From Isurus oxyrinchus (taxonomy: Eukaryota), in the NCBI GenBank assembly GCA_026770705.1, contig JANJGN010000011.1, forward strand, positions 36,270,001-36,334,000: a stretch of DNA of 64,000 bases. The letters run 5' to 3'. Below the pieces are notes generated by a model. It searched no databases, was not told where the DNA came from, and was given only the letters and a program-made list of their open reading frames with translations. The translations under genes and the position numbers were made by a program. Positions 12,732 through 24,394 of the stretch are shown here, one piece after another; the first letter of the stretch is position 1, and every line of letters begins with the position of its first letter.

Positions 12732-13966
12732 ATTGGAAATGAAAATTGGACACCTTGCCCAAGCAACCTTGTAAAGTCCTTATTAACAACTTGGGCCTAG
12801 TGCCAAAATTGGGAAAGCTATTCCATAGACTAGTTGAGCAATAGTCTGTCATACTCATGGAATCATACCTTTCAGCCAATGTCCCAGTGTCCTCCATCAC
12901 CACCCATACTGGCAGGACAGATGCACCAGAAGTAGCAGCACAGTTCTATACAGTTGGGAAGGCATTTCCCTGGGAGTCCTCAATAATGACTCTGGACCCC
13001 ATGAAGTCTTGTAGCATCAAGTCAAACAAGGAAGCCTCCAGTGCCATTTACTGCCCTCCCTCAGATGATGAATCAGTGCCCATTCACTTAGTCTATTGAT
13101 AACTCCCTGTAATTTTATGCTTCTGTCCACATTGCTTGCAATATCTTTGTCATCGGTAAATTTAGATATGTAGCATTCTATCCTGTTGTCTATGTCATTA
13201 ATGAATATAGTAAATAGCTGAGGCCCCAACACAGATCCTTGTAAGACTTGCAGATCTTGCCAGTTGGAGTACCTGTCCATTTTTTCTGTTCTTCCTCTTG
13301 CCATTCAGCCAATTTCCTGACCAGACCAATAATTTGCCTTCAATTCCATGAGCTTCTGCTTTGGCGAACAATGTCTTGAGAGGGACTTTATTAAATGCCT
13401 TCTGGAAGTCCATATAAATAACACCCTTAAACCTTTCCCTGCCCACTACTTTAGTCACCTCTTGAAAAAAAAACATCAGATTTTTGCATGACATCCTTTA
13501 CAAATCCATGCTGGCTCTATCTGATCGGCTGAAAATTTTCAAAATGTTCAGTCATCCTGTACTTAATTTTAGACTCCAGTAATTTCCCAACAACAGACGC
13601 TAGGCTAACTTGTCTATAATATCCTGGTTTCCCTCTCCTACCTTTCTCAAATAACAGAGTGACTTGCACATTTTTTCAATCTAAAGGAACAGTTCCCAAA
13701 CTTAGAGAACTTAGAAAGATTATAGTTAGGATATCTACAATGATCTCATCCAGTTATTTTAAACTTTGGTATGGAAACCATCTAGTCCTGGAAATTTGTC
13801 ACTTTTTAATCAAAGTTGTAGGCTGGGATTTTACAGGGCCCCAGGAAGCATGCTGGGAAGCAGTGCAGGGGGTTGTTTGTGGAGGGGGGGCTGGGAGGGT
13901 GTAAAACCAGGTGGGATTACAGTGTGTAGCATGCCCGTCATCTTCCAATTACCACTGGCATTTTAC

Positions 13967-14280
13967 TATAGAGTCATTAAGGCATGGAAGGATGCTATTC
14001 AGCCCGTTGGCCCTCTGTAGAGCCACCCAACCAGTCCCATAGCCTTCCTCTATCTCCTAAACCTGCAACTTTATTTCCCTAAAGTGCCCATTCAATTTCC
14101 TTTTGAAATAGTTCATTGTCTCTGCTTCCACCACCTGCACAGGCAATAAATTCCAGGTCACTATTACTTACTGCATGAAAAAAGTTCTTCCTCCCTGCGC
14201 CCTGCCCCCACCTTACCCAAAACCTTAAATTTGTGTCCACTCATCCTTGTACCATCAGCTAATGGGAACAACTACCTTAT
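13967..14280 (-). mobile_element. CR1 3' end fragment
   Basis: tctgcttccaccacc...ttccaggtcactattactta...aaccttaaatttgtgtcc is the reverse complement of the CR1 ORF2 C-terminus. Confidence 0.65.
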
Positions 14281-14450
14281 CCCTGGAACTGTTCTGGCAA
14301 ACTTGCCTCGATGTCATTAATTTCTCCATTAATGTTATCTTACATTAATTTCATTGAGTCTGTTTCCCAAGAATAGTTTGCTTGGGATGCCTGGCATTTC
14401 TGACCTCTTCCTCTACTGTAAATACTGAAGCAAATTAGTTATTCAACATG

Positions 14451-14625
14451 AAAACAGAAAATGCTAGAAATGCTCAACAGGTTAGATAGCATCTGTGGAG
14501 AGAAACAGTTAACCATAGAACCATAAAAGAAGTTAACATTTCAGGTTGTGATGACCCTTCTTCAGATGCTGGAATTTCTGTGTTTATTTCAGATTTCCAG
14601 CATCTGCACTAGTTTGCTGCTTTAA
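14451..14625. mobile_element. Short PLE insertion with partly inverted ends and a canonical-core hammerhead relic
   Basis: 12-bp TSD TTATTCAACATG/TTATTCGACATG (14439-14450, 14626-14637). Minus strand 14565-14531 reads CUGAAGA A GGGUC AUCAC AACCU GAAAU GUU AACU. Confidence 0.75.
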
Positions 14626-14716
14626 TTATTCGACATGTCCCTATTATCATTGACACATCACCATTATCAGTTTTCCAGGGAGCCATACTATTTTTGACCA
14701 CCCTCTTTTTCCTAAT

Positions 14717-15155
14717 AAAGGAAAGAAAGACTTGCATTTATATAGTGCTTTTCACAACCACTGGACATCTCAAAGAGCTTTACAGTCAATTAAGTACTTT
14801 TTTGAAGTGTGGTCACTATTGTCAGGCATGAAATGTTACTTATAACAAACTCCCACAAATGGCAATGTGATAATTTGATTTTTATGATGTTGATTGAGGG
14901 AAAAATATTGGCCAGGGCACTGGGATAACTCCCCTGCCCTTCTTCGAAAGATTGCCATAGGATCTTCTACATCCACCCGTGCAGACAGATAGGACCTCGG
15001 CTTAACATCTCATCTGAAAGACAGCACTTCTGACGTTGCAACACTCCCTCAGTACTGTACTTGAGTGTCAGCATTTATTTTTGTGCTCAAGCTCTGGAAC
15101 CCAAAACCTTGTGACTCAGAGGTGAGAGTGTCAGCAACTGAGCCACAGCTGATAC
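14717..15155 (-). mobile_element. tRNA-derived SINE of Deu-domain type, near full length
   Basis: Homologous to 2517-2876; head gtatcagctgtggctcagttg and tail tatataaatgcaagtctttctttc on the minus strand. Confidence 0.8.
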
Positions 15156-15755
15156 TCCAAACTAATTATAAAAATTTTTTATGTTGATTTTTGACAACCC
15201 CTGTGTATTTCTTTCCATACTCTCTATTGCAGCTTTTTGTCACCCTTTGCTACTCTGAGCCTTTCTCATTTGCTTGGACCTGTGCTTTTTTTTTTTGCAT
15301 TTTTGTATGCTTTTTCTTTTAGTTTTATGTTGTCTCTTACTGCTTTATTTGCTCATGGCTATCTTTTTTGGCAACTCTTCCTTTTGAGGGGTACAAACTG
15401 GTTCTGTATCACAAATTTTTTTAACTCCTCTCACTGATCTTTTGTTGTTTTACCCATTAACAGATTTTCTCATTTTCCAGTTGACAGTCTCTATCTCATC
15501 CCATTGAAGTCAGCATTACCTGAATCTAGAAACTTGGCTGTTTCACATTTCTGCCTTTCAAAAGCTTCATAGAACTCATTCATATCACGCTGCAGCATTC
15601 CCTTGGTACTGCACTGGAATGTCAGTCTAGATTTTTGTGCTCTTGTCCTGCAGTGGTACTTGTCACTGAAACATGGGCTGTGTGTTCATGTCTGTCACAG
15701 TTGAATAGTTGGCATTGTGAAAGCTGTGAGATGTGGGTGTGAGGCTTGCATCAGT

Positions 15756-16036
15756 GCTAAGTTTATGAGGGTGAGGTGCATGGAAGGCATTGGTAGAGGA
15801 GATGCAAAGGTAGGAGTGAAGTGTTGTACCTCTTCAAGTGCCATATCCCACCAACCACACTACTAGCTAAGTTTGAGGGTGAGGTGCAGCTATGAATGCT
15901 AGGTAAGAGTTGGATTGATTGGTAAGTGAGTGATGGGCTGAGGCTAGTAGTGTGGTTGGTGGGATATGGCATTTGAAGAGGTACAACACTTCACTCCTCC
16001 CTTTGCATCTCCTCTACCAATGCCTTCAGTGCACCT
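15756..16036. repeat. Local inverted duplication (94 bp) with a flanking direct duplication
   Basis: 15774-15867 is the reverse complement of 15943-16036 (about 4 mismatches); 15756-15780 is repeated at 15866-15888. Confidence 0.9.
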
Positions 16037-16479
16037 TTGGAGAACCTTGGAACACACTCCTGTGTTATGCCAGAATTCAGTCTTTTTCCATGTCAGAGTG
16101 ACTTGTACAAGGACTTCCACCAGCAACTCCAGCTAGAATGTATGTCTCCTTTGAGGTGCAGGCTGGCTTTAAGTGATGGGCCCATTGTTGAGTTAGGCTG
16201 ATGCCCAGCACCATAGTTAGTGCTGGTTGGATGCTGGAATCCTGGGAGTGAGCAGATGGCGCAAAGTTGCCAGGATGTCTGTATCACATTAAATGGGCAT
16301 GAAGTAATCCTACATTGTAGCTCCAGGTCCATTTTCAGGGGCTATCCAATTTACCTTCCATGAGGAAATGTAAGTTGGTATATTTTAATAAAGGTAAAAT
16401 AACATGTGGGGAGTGAAAAAATGAGAGGGAAAGATAGGATTAAGAGATAAAAGTGACAGAAAGAAAAAAATTTAAATCT

Positions 16480-16850
16480 CCAACAATAATTCAAATTTGA
16501 AGGTGTGAGACTCCATGTTTGTGAAAGTTCATTTTCAATGCCAGATGGGTTGTTTGGCAGTAATTAAGATTTATAAACCATTTAAAAATTCACTTGCACT
16601 TGAATGGACAAACCTTAATTTTCTCTGGGATGTTTAGCAGGTATCTAGTGGGTAAGCACTACTGCACACCCTTCATAGGTTTTATAGCTGAACTCCTTGC
16701 AAGATACTGGAGTAACAAAGCTTGTGCAAGTGCAGGGCAATTCAGACAGCAACTCTGATTTCTGCACTTAACTCTGTAAATGCAGAATTCCAGAAGTTGC
16801 TGTCCGATTTACTCCATAATTATGGTGAACAATGATAGCCTCACCACTGG
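16480..16850. repeat. Unclassified interspersed repeat with internal hairpin
   Basis: gacagcaact...agttgctgtc inverted repeat at about 16745-16804; colinear similarity to about 61380-61790. Confidence 0.45.
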
Positions 16851-17715
16851 CCTAGTTTTTGTGTTAGGAACATTGTTTCAGCTATTGCAATATGGTCGGA
16901 AAGTTTACTGAAGATACTGCATGATCTGTTGGCTCTAATTTCCCTGTGTGGCACAGTTGTAACCTTCCAGATGCCCTTGCTCCAAGCTCCTTCAAGGCCT
17001 GACCTGAGGAACACATTGTCAAAACAGGCAATTTATTTCATGACGACCAAATCGTGTTCGTCTAGCACATAATTGACAAATTCCACATCTCCCAAGAAGG
17101 GCTCCCTTGTACTTCCAGACTCAACACCGCTCTCAGGAATGGCTGAGCCAGTTAAATGCAATGCAAACTGACCATACTGGAACTGGCTGTTTGTGCCACT
17201 GATCCTTCCCCACAGACAACTCTGCATTCCTTTATCAAATACTGTCCTCCAAATGATACAGAAATCCTACTCATTCTTGGAACCTAACCAAAACTATTCC
17301 ACCTCACTTCCAGCAATGGAGAAAGGCACTGAAGGGGATTTTCTGGCTTCTGCCTGCAGTTTGTAAAAGGGCACATGCCTTACTCTGTACAAACTCCATT
17401 AATTCCACATAGTTCTGTCCAAGTATTCGTGAAACTGTGAATACACAGGGCAGGCTTTTGAGTTCGGTGTGCGGGCCCGGGACTGCGATTTCACGCTGGT
17501 GGACCAATTAAGGCCCAAGCATGAATGACGGCTCCCCAATGGTCGGGAAGGGGCGGACCTGTCAGCCCCCGGGTCCAATGGCAACCCAGTGGCCGGTTTA
17601 AAACCAGCACAGTCAGGCCCTGGAAGGCTGCCGGCGGTGAAAACATCTTCAGTGTTGTCAGCAGGAGATTTAAAAATTGTGGATTCAAATGCAGCTGTAA
17701 CCACCAGGCAGGTCG

Positions 17716-19414
17716 GGTGGGCACTCAGCTCCCCGGTTTCCTGATGAGTGCTTCGCGGTCCTCCTGGAGGACGTGGCTCCCAGGAGGGGACACCCTTGTC
17801 CCCTAGGGATGGAAGGAGGAGGCCACCGCACCTCACAAAAAGAGCTTGGGAGGAGATGGCGGTGCTGGTCAGCAGCATGTTGTGCGGTGCACCTAGGTCC
17901 TGTGCCACTAGAGCTTTACCAATCTGCACTCAGGAAGGGTGAATACCGTGTTGACATGGATCAGTGTGTCAAAGGGTTGGCTAACCCCCTGTGGAGCTCA
18001 GGGGTGTTAGAGTATGAGTGCCAACTGTCAATGATGTCAGAGCTGGCCACAGGGTGAGCCCTGGCTGCTTGGACTGAGTGCCTTGCAGCTCGAGGGCCAC
18101 GACTTGGATGTGCCCTGCAAGGTGCTCCTCTGGTGGGGTTGGCCAGGCTGCAGTGGCGCTGCATGTAGAGAGTGGACTAATCAATGCTCCTTTGTCCTTT
18201 TAGGAGAAGACAGCCCATAATGACATTGAAAGGCCGCGGATGGCTGGAGATTTCGCTAACCTCCTAATCCTAACCAGATATGAGCAGGACGCCTTGGAGC
18301 TGGAGAGTCACCTCGATCAACCGGCCACAGAGAGGCTGGGGTGTCAGATGAAAGTAAGAATGCAGTGCACAGAGGTGAGAGTTTCAGATGGTTGAAACAT
18401 TCTCACCAGGGTGCCTGGCATGCACAGTGACAGTGTGATGACTTAAACTAATAACATCTTGTTGTTCTCCCTTAGGTGTGCCACCTTGCACCCAATCACA
18501 GGACCCCGAAGATCCACCCCTGACACCAGAGGACCGCCAGGGTCCAGATGCACCTGCCCCCTGAACTAGGCAGCATCGCAGATACCAGCACCTCAGTGGG
18601 CGTTAGATCTTCAGCTAGAATGTTTGTGCATAGCAGTGAGGGCATTCACAGTCGTTTGAGGTGCAGGCAGAGTGTGAACAGGGCACTGGCATTTGAAGGA
18701 TTGCTGGGGACCAGGACCATGCTCAGTTGAAGGCAGATGATGAGTCTCTGGAGCCTTCCATTAGGTGGCAGATGCTGGATGTCCAGTGAGATGTGCAGGA
18801 GGATCTGGCGGATATCCATGAGGGTATGCATGCCATGGTCTCCGTTATAGAGGTGTCTATGCGGAGCATCAGCATTGTGTTGACCCTCATGGCCGAGCAC
18901 ACTGCCTCCTTCATTGACAGAGTCTCGACTCTCATGGAGAGGCAGCTCCAGGATCAGAATCAGGGGTTCCTGGGGTTGCGCTCGGACATTCAAGCCCTCA
19001 CCCAGGGACTGACCTCAGGTCGCAGTGTCTATCTGCAGATGGATGAGGCACCCGGTATCCCAGCTGGGTGCCCGTCCATCAATGGTGAGCAAGGAGGTCC
19101 AGCGTGACCTCAAGGTGCACGAGTTGCCTGTTGTCTCTGTGGACTCCTCTCAGGGCGCTCTGGATGACAGCAACACCACCTCTGCCAGTGACCATGGCAT
19201 CTGATGAGGCTGTGGAACTGGGGAGATGCCAGCCGTGGAACTGGCTGCTCCCTTCCAGGCGGAACCAGCACAGACTCCATTGGCCAGAGGATGACTGCCA
19301 AGGTCATCAAGGTCAACAAGGCAGCAGAGTCAGCAGGCTGTCTCTAATGCCAGTGCCAGCGAGGGGGGATGACCATGACATAGCACCCACAAGCGGAAGT
19401 TTAAGGCACCATGA
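17716..19414 (+). pseudogene. Harbinger Myb/SANT-like DNA-binding gene, spliced and decayed
   Basis: Exon 1 reads APRFPDECFAVLLEDVA and, after a frameshift, RRRPPHLTKRAWEEMA. Exon 2 (18204-18353, ttttag|...|gtaag) reads EKTAHNDIERPRMAG...LTRYEQDALELE. Exon 3 starts at 18476 and ends RKFKAP*. Confidence 0.75.
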
Positions 19415-19734
19415 GCACAAGAGGGACTGGTCACAGGTGATCTTCTGTTGTGCAATGTTTTGTTTATTTAAACGGGTCTGTGGTTGAAGACCAGAGAATT
19501 TGTTTTCACTGTCAACATGAGATAAATTTTCTTTTGTCGTAATGGTCTGAGTATGCTTCACCTTTTTTATTTAATGTGGTGTAGGGTGCACCAGTATGTG
19601 ATAATGGACATGGGTGGCTCGAAACTTTATTTCACAGGCACTGAGTGGACTTTGGGTCTAAGGAAAGGATCATCTCAGACATCCGGGATGAAGGTGGCAG
19701 TCCTGGCATGAGGTGGTAGCGCTTATTTGGCAGC

Positions 19735-20911
19735 CTAGCTGAAGGAGCATTGGATCAAGATGACCCTGCCTCCCTGGAGGTTACAGAGGTCTGGCTCTAC
19801 GCCCTCAGCATTCTCCTCTTCTGACTCTTCACTGGATTCATCTTCTGTGGCCTGTGTCAAGATCCTCTTCGTTCAATGGGGTGCCCCCTTGCCAGTGCCA
19901 CTCTGCGGAGAGTGCAGCATGTAACTACTATCAGTTACAGCTGCTCTGGGGGATATTGTAGTGCTCCATCTGAATAACCCAGGCATTGGAAGTGAACCTT
20001 CAGAAGGCCTATAGTTCTCTCTATCACCGCCCTTGTGGAGGCATGGATCCTGTTATACCGCTGCTTGGCCTCTGTTCTTGGGTGGCAGAGAGGCGTCACA
20101 AACCACCTTTTCAAGAGATAGCCCTTGTCACCCAGCAGTCATCCATCCAGTCAGGCTGGAGCACTGAAGAGCCTCAGCGCCCGAAAGTGTCTCAGGATGT
20201 ATGCATCATGGGAGCTGTCAGGGTACCTTGCATAGACTTGCAGAATATGCATCCTATGGTCTCACACTATCTACAGGTTCATGGAGTGGAATCCCTTCCT
20301 GTTGATGAAGGCACCCGGCTCACCCGCTGGTGCCTTGCTGGCCACATGTGTGCAGTCGATTGCATCCTGGATGTGGGGGAGCACAGCAATCGCTGCAAAG
20401 CCTCTGGCTCGCTCAGCCTGGCTGGCCTCATCCATACAGAAATGAATGAAAGTCAATACCCACCTGAACAGAACTTCTGACACCAGTTTGATGCAACTGA
20501 TTGGGAGACTCCACACAGATTCCCCACTGACCCCTGGAAAGAGCCGGATACATAGAAGTTGAGGGCCACCGTGACCTTCAGCGCCATTGGCATGGGGTGT
20601 CCATCCACACAGTCGGAGCTGATTTCTGGGCCGATCCTCTGACAGATGGAGGTCACTGTCTCACTCGAGAGACGGAGCCTTCTTCGATATTGCACCTTGG
20701 ACATATTGAGGTAGCTGCATCACCGCCTGTAAACTCTGGCAGCAGGATAGTGGCATCTTCTGTGGCTCCTAATGCCTTGGACTGCCAGCTGGCCCTGTGC
20801 CTGTGCCTCTTCCTCCACAGGTCGCTTCCCTGAAAGCTGCATAGGGACACCTGGCCTGCTCTCCCTTCTGCCCCTCTCAAAGGAGGTGCCAGCAGAGGCC
20901 ACAATCCCCAT
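19735..20911 (-). pseudogene. Harbinger DDE transposase (HARBI1-like family), frameshifted
   Basis: RRRLRLS, KVTVALNFYVSGSFQ, AIDCTHV (D), FINRKGFHSMN, LLGDKGY (D), [10 protein letters not shown] (E); in-frame stops present. Confidence 0.9.
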
Positions 20912-22509
20912 TAACAGGATAGCAGAAGGCTGTCTGATACCTCGAACGGTCCGCACTGTCTGAATATTCCGGAGTCTTTGGAGACACCAAGGGGTCAGGA
21001 AATGAAGCCTGGAAATGCTAACAATGAAGCCCCGAACAGAGATGAAGCTGCCATATACAAATAAGTCACCAGCAGCAAACTGTTTATCAAACTCCTCACT
21101 ACTGTCACTGGCAATGCTGCTGACCTTTTTTATCCTGCCCGTGGATGAGGTTTTTGAAATTGTCATCTGGCTGCCTGCCCGTTTTGCCCATGCGATGAGC
21201 ACGAAAAATCAGCATCAATGAACTTTTTAATGGCCTTAATTGGCCTATTAATTAATGGCGAGCAAGGCACCATCACCCATATGCGTCCACCAACCAAAAT
21301 ATTGTGTGAGTGCGCAATGACCGCGGGACGCTCGCCTAACATCATCATGCACTATTTTATGCTTGAGTGTGTTGGGCACGTGTCCACATGCCGAGCAAAA
21401 AATTCGGCCCATGAGGTTCAGCTAGGAATCTGCACCTCTTTCTCTTCACCAATCTTTCTTACATAATTGTGGGTCATCTCTGAGGTGCAAGTAGCAGTGA
21501 TTAACAAATGCACCACACAGGATACCGCTTCCTTGTCTTTGGTGGGCTACCCTAAGGTTTCATTCAATCTCATAATCGGTCACTTCAAATATTGTTCAGT
21601 TCTATGCAAACCATTGGATGTTTGCCTGAGGGGCTGGGAGGATAAACTTCTGTTCCTCTTGGCACATAAGCAGTGCTGTAAAAGCACGTATCTGCTAGAG
21701 CCAACAGTTATTGCATCCCTTTACCTGTTGGCTTTCCTGAGGCGCAGGGAAACCCAGCCCATAGCCTATAATTCAAAATAACTGCTAAAATCTGCAGCAT
21801 GCAGCTTCATTAATGCATTATAAAGACTGACCACTCTTGAGTGTGCAACCTCCAACCCAGTCATCTCCAGAGTTGTCTCAGGCAAATGCACTATCATGTT
21901 TCAGGAACTCTGGAGCAGTTTCTCAGTGTAATAGATTTGCTTTTATTGTTGGGTGTTTTAAAGTAGTTTAGGAACAGAAGCGCTTAATATTCAAAAGGAG
22001 TTGTTTTCCCCAAATCTGTGAATGATGAGCATTTGTTGGCTTGTCTAAAAGCACCTCAAAGGCATCGTGTTAGAAGGTCTCTGACTTTTGTCACGTGGCA
22101 AGAAAGTCTGGCAAGTTTCCCTTTCTGATGTGAACAGAAGAGAAGTTGCCAGTTAAATAAGCAAAGAGAGTCAGGGATTTTATACAGGATGCTTCAAAGG
22201 AAAGCTGTCACCAGGTTGAACAAAAGAATAAATGAGTTTAGTTAGAAGTTATCTCAAATTCCATGGTGGTGAAGTCACTAAGCACCCAGAGATTTCCTCT
22301 ACCACTGAGTTTACAGAAGTGACCAGCATCATTAAATATCTAAGGCAATCCTAAAATTTGTAACACTGCTGTTTAAGTAGATACTGGGCAGAAAAAGCTG
22401 CACTCTGGATTGCAGGAAATGTCAGACCCACTTCTGGGATTCATTGATGACGGTAAACCCAAGAGGATATCTTGTACAAAAACCTGATCGTTCTGACATG
22501 CACTAATAA

Positions 22510-23465
22510 ATATATAATTTGATACAGTGCCAAATGGAGTTCACTGTGGGTAAGTGTGATGTCATCTACTTTAAATGCAAGAAAGGTATGGAACTCGGAA
22601 CTATGGGGGAACAAAGAGATTTGGGTGCCCTTGTATACAAGTTAGAAAAGTTGCAGGCGGGTGTAGAAAAACAATCAAAAAGGCTATTTAAATGTTAGCC
22701 TCTGTCTAAAGGAGGCCTAACTAAAATAGAGAGGAAGTTACACTACAGCTGTATAGAGTCTTGCTCAAACTCCATCTGGACTACAATCATTTCTGGCACA
22801 GCATGATCTATCTGTAGGTTATTTGAATGGCATTGCATTTTCTGTAATGACCAATTTGAAATGTTTGTAAAGTTCCTTTTATTGTATTGAGGCGCTTCAG
22901 AGCGTAACATAATCTATATAGATAATTTGAATATCATTGCAATTTCTGTGATAGCCATTTTGAAATGTTTTGTAATGTTCTTTTAGATATTTTGTGAATT
23001 AAGTATATTTTTGCAAGAAAGGAAAATTCTGGCACCACATCTCAGGATATTTAGCTTTGGCAGGGTGCAGTGTATTCACCAGAATGATACCCAGGAATAA
23101 AGGGTTAAATAACGAGGACAGGTTGCATAAACTTGACTTGGTGATCTAATCAATGTTTTTAAAATGAGAGAGAATTTTGCTACAGTGCATAAAGAGTAAC
23201 AATTTCCTTTGGTGGAGGAATCCAGAATAACAGAGCAAAATCCTAAAATAAGAACTAGGCCATTCAAGAGTAAAGCCAGGAAGTACTACTTCATACAAGG
23301 GTAGTAGATACCTGGAATTCGAGACTGTTATTGATATGTTTTTGTTAGACTATCAATCCATATGGAGAAAAAGTGGATTAATATATTTAAGTTACAGATT
23401 AGTCATGATCTAACTGAATGGTGAAACAGGCTTGAGGGATGAATCGCCTCCACCTGTTCCTAATT
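22510..23465 (+). mobile_element. Degenerate CR1 3' fragment
   Basis: MEFTVGKCDVIYF and LQLYRVLLKLHLDY; 3' UTR gaaacaggcttgagggatgaatcgcctccacctgttcct. Confidence 0.75.
22800..23026 (+). mobile_element. Short retroposed insert, probably an L1/Tx1-type 3' UTR end, with an internal ~105-bp tandem duplication
   Basis: 9-bp TSD TTCTGGCAC (22791-22799, 23027-23035); ends gtgaattaagtatatttttgcaagaaaggaaaa (polyA-signal-like plus A-rich tail). Confidence 0.55.
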
Positions 23466-23602
23466 TTTCTGCTATCCCTGTGCTCCCTGAAGTGTCTCAT
23501 CCATTCAATCAATCTGTAACACTATTGGATAAAAATTTCACTTGGAAGAAGCAAAAATAAGAAAAATCTTTTTAGTGTGTTTGGTTCATCCTGACCTTTA
23601 AT

Positions 23603-24394
23603 GCCAGATTTTCACCAAGTCAAGGAGGCTTTGCTGACCTTTTAAAAATGGTAGACTGGACCCGATTCCAGGATTCCCACCCCTATTCCTTGTAAGCCCC
23701 AATTTTCACTAGCTTGAGAGAAGGGTGTGGGTAGTGAGCTTGCACTCTGCATTCCCAACCTGGCCAGCTGTGTTGGGATGGGCATCTCCTAGCCGCTTGC
23801 AATTTTCATGGAGGCGGGCCAGCTTCTCAAGGACTCATGGTTAGTCACTCAGAGGAGTCATGAATCAAAGTCTAGATGCAGGAACCTTTTAAAAGCTAAC
23901 TTCAAAGGGTCTTATCCATGCCCCCCAAGCCAACCCATGCACCACCTATCCCCAATGGCTGCTCAGACCCTCCATGCCAGCATATGCCAACCCCAATGGC
24001 TTTTCATGTCTGCCATGCAATTCATAGTGCTTCCATGCCTCCTCACCCACTATACACTCTGTACCAGCCGATGAACCCTAAAGTAACAATGGCATGCATG
24101 GAAAAGCATAAAAAATAGCCATTCATAACTTTATTTAAAATGCTGCTGCAACATCCCTATACAAGTGTCAAGCAACCTGATCTTTAAAGTATCAATAGCA
24201 AAAACTATAAGCACTTGACACCTCTCTACCTCAAACAAATAAACATCGAGCCATTCACAAAATAGCCCTGACTTTTTTTAGATCTATCACAAAAATCGCA
24301 TCGCGGCAATTCAGGGCACTGAATCCCGTGGCGGGTGCACTATGCCAGGACATTTCCTGACTCAAGCTACCTGTCGCTAAGGTGAAAATTAGCT
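23603..24394. mobile_element. Non-autonomous Harbinger-type element (MITE)
   Basis: Ends gccagattttcacc and ggtgaaaattagct; interior resembles 49760-50330 and 51538-52072. Confidence 0.5.

Larger units (their letters stand above)
11437..13085 (+). mobile_element. 5' part of family A LINE (tRNA-derived head and endonuclease start), split by a CR1 insertion
   Basis: 11437-11810 matches 54672-55060. After the CR1, 12731-13085 matches the endonuclease start (LGLVPKLGKLFHRL, VILMESYL). Confidence 0.75.
13075..15590 (-). mobile_element. Old CR1 LINE fragmented by nested insertions
   Basis: ORFs 13017-13304 (QGSVLGPQLFTIFIND, KFTDD) and 13198-13494 (YMDFQKAFNKVP). CR1-like sequence resumes at about 14280-14450, 14626-14716 and 15156-15590. 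Confidence 0.7.
17448..21410. mobile_element. Near-complete PIF/Harbinger transposon with two convergent genes
   Basis: Imperfect TIRs (gggcaggcttttgagttcgg vs reverse complement gggccgaattttttgctcgg); Myb-like gene on +, transposase on -; GC-rich relative to flanks; no clean TSD. Confidence 0.85.
16900..22480 (+). mobile_element. Possible very old L1/Tx1-type LINE relic, split by the Harbinger at 17448-21410
   Basis: Faint motif echoes in the expected order (GNLFHDD...HIID at about 17027; further weak echoes after 21411). Heavily degenerate. Confidence 0.3.

Noticed and set aside
19735-20911. Host HARBI1 gene
   Set aside because: It has stops and frameshifts and lies within TIRs beside a Myb partner, so it is a transposon copy.
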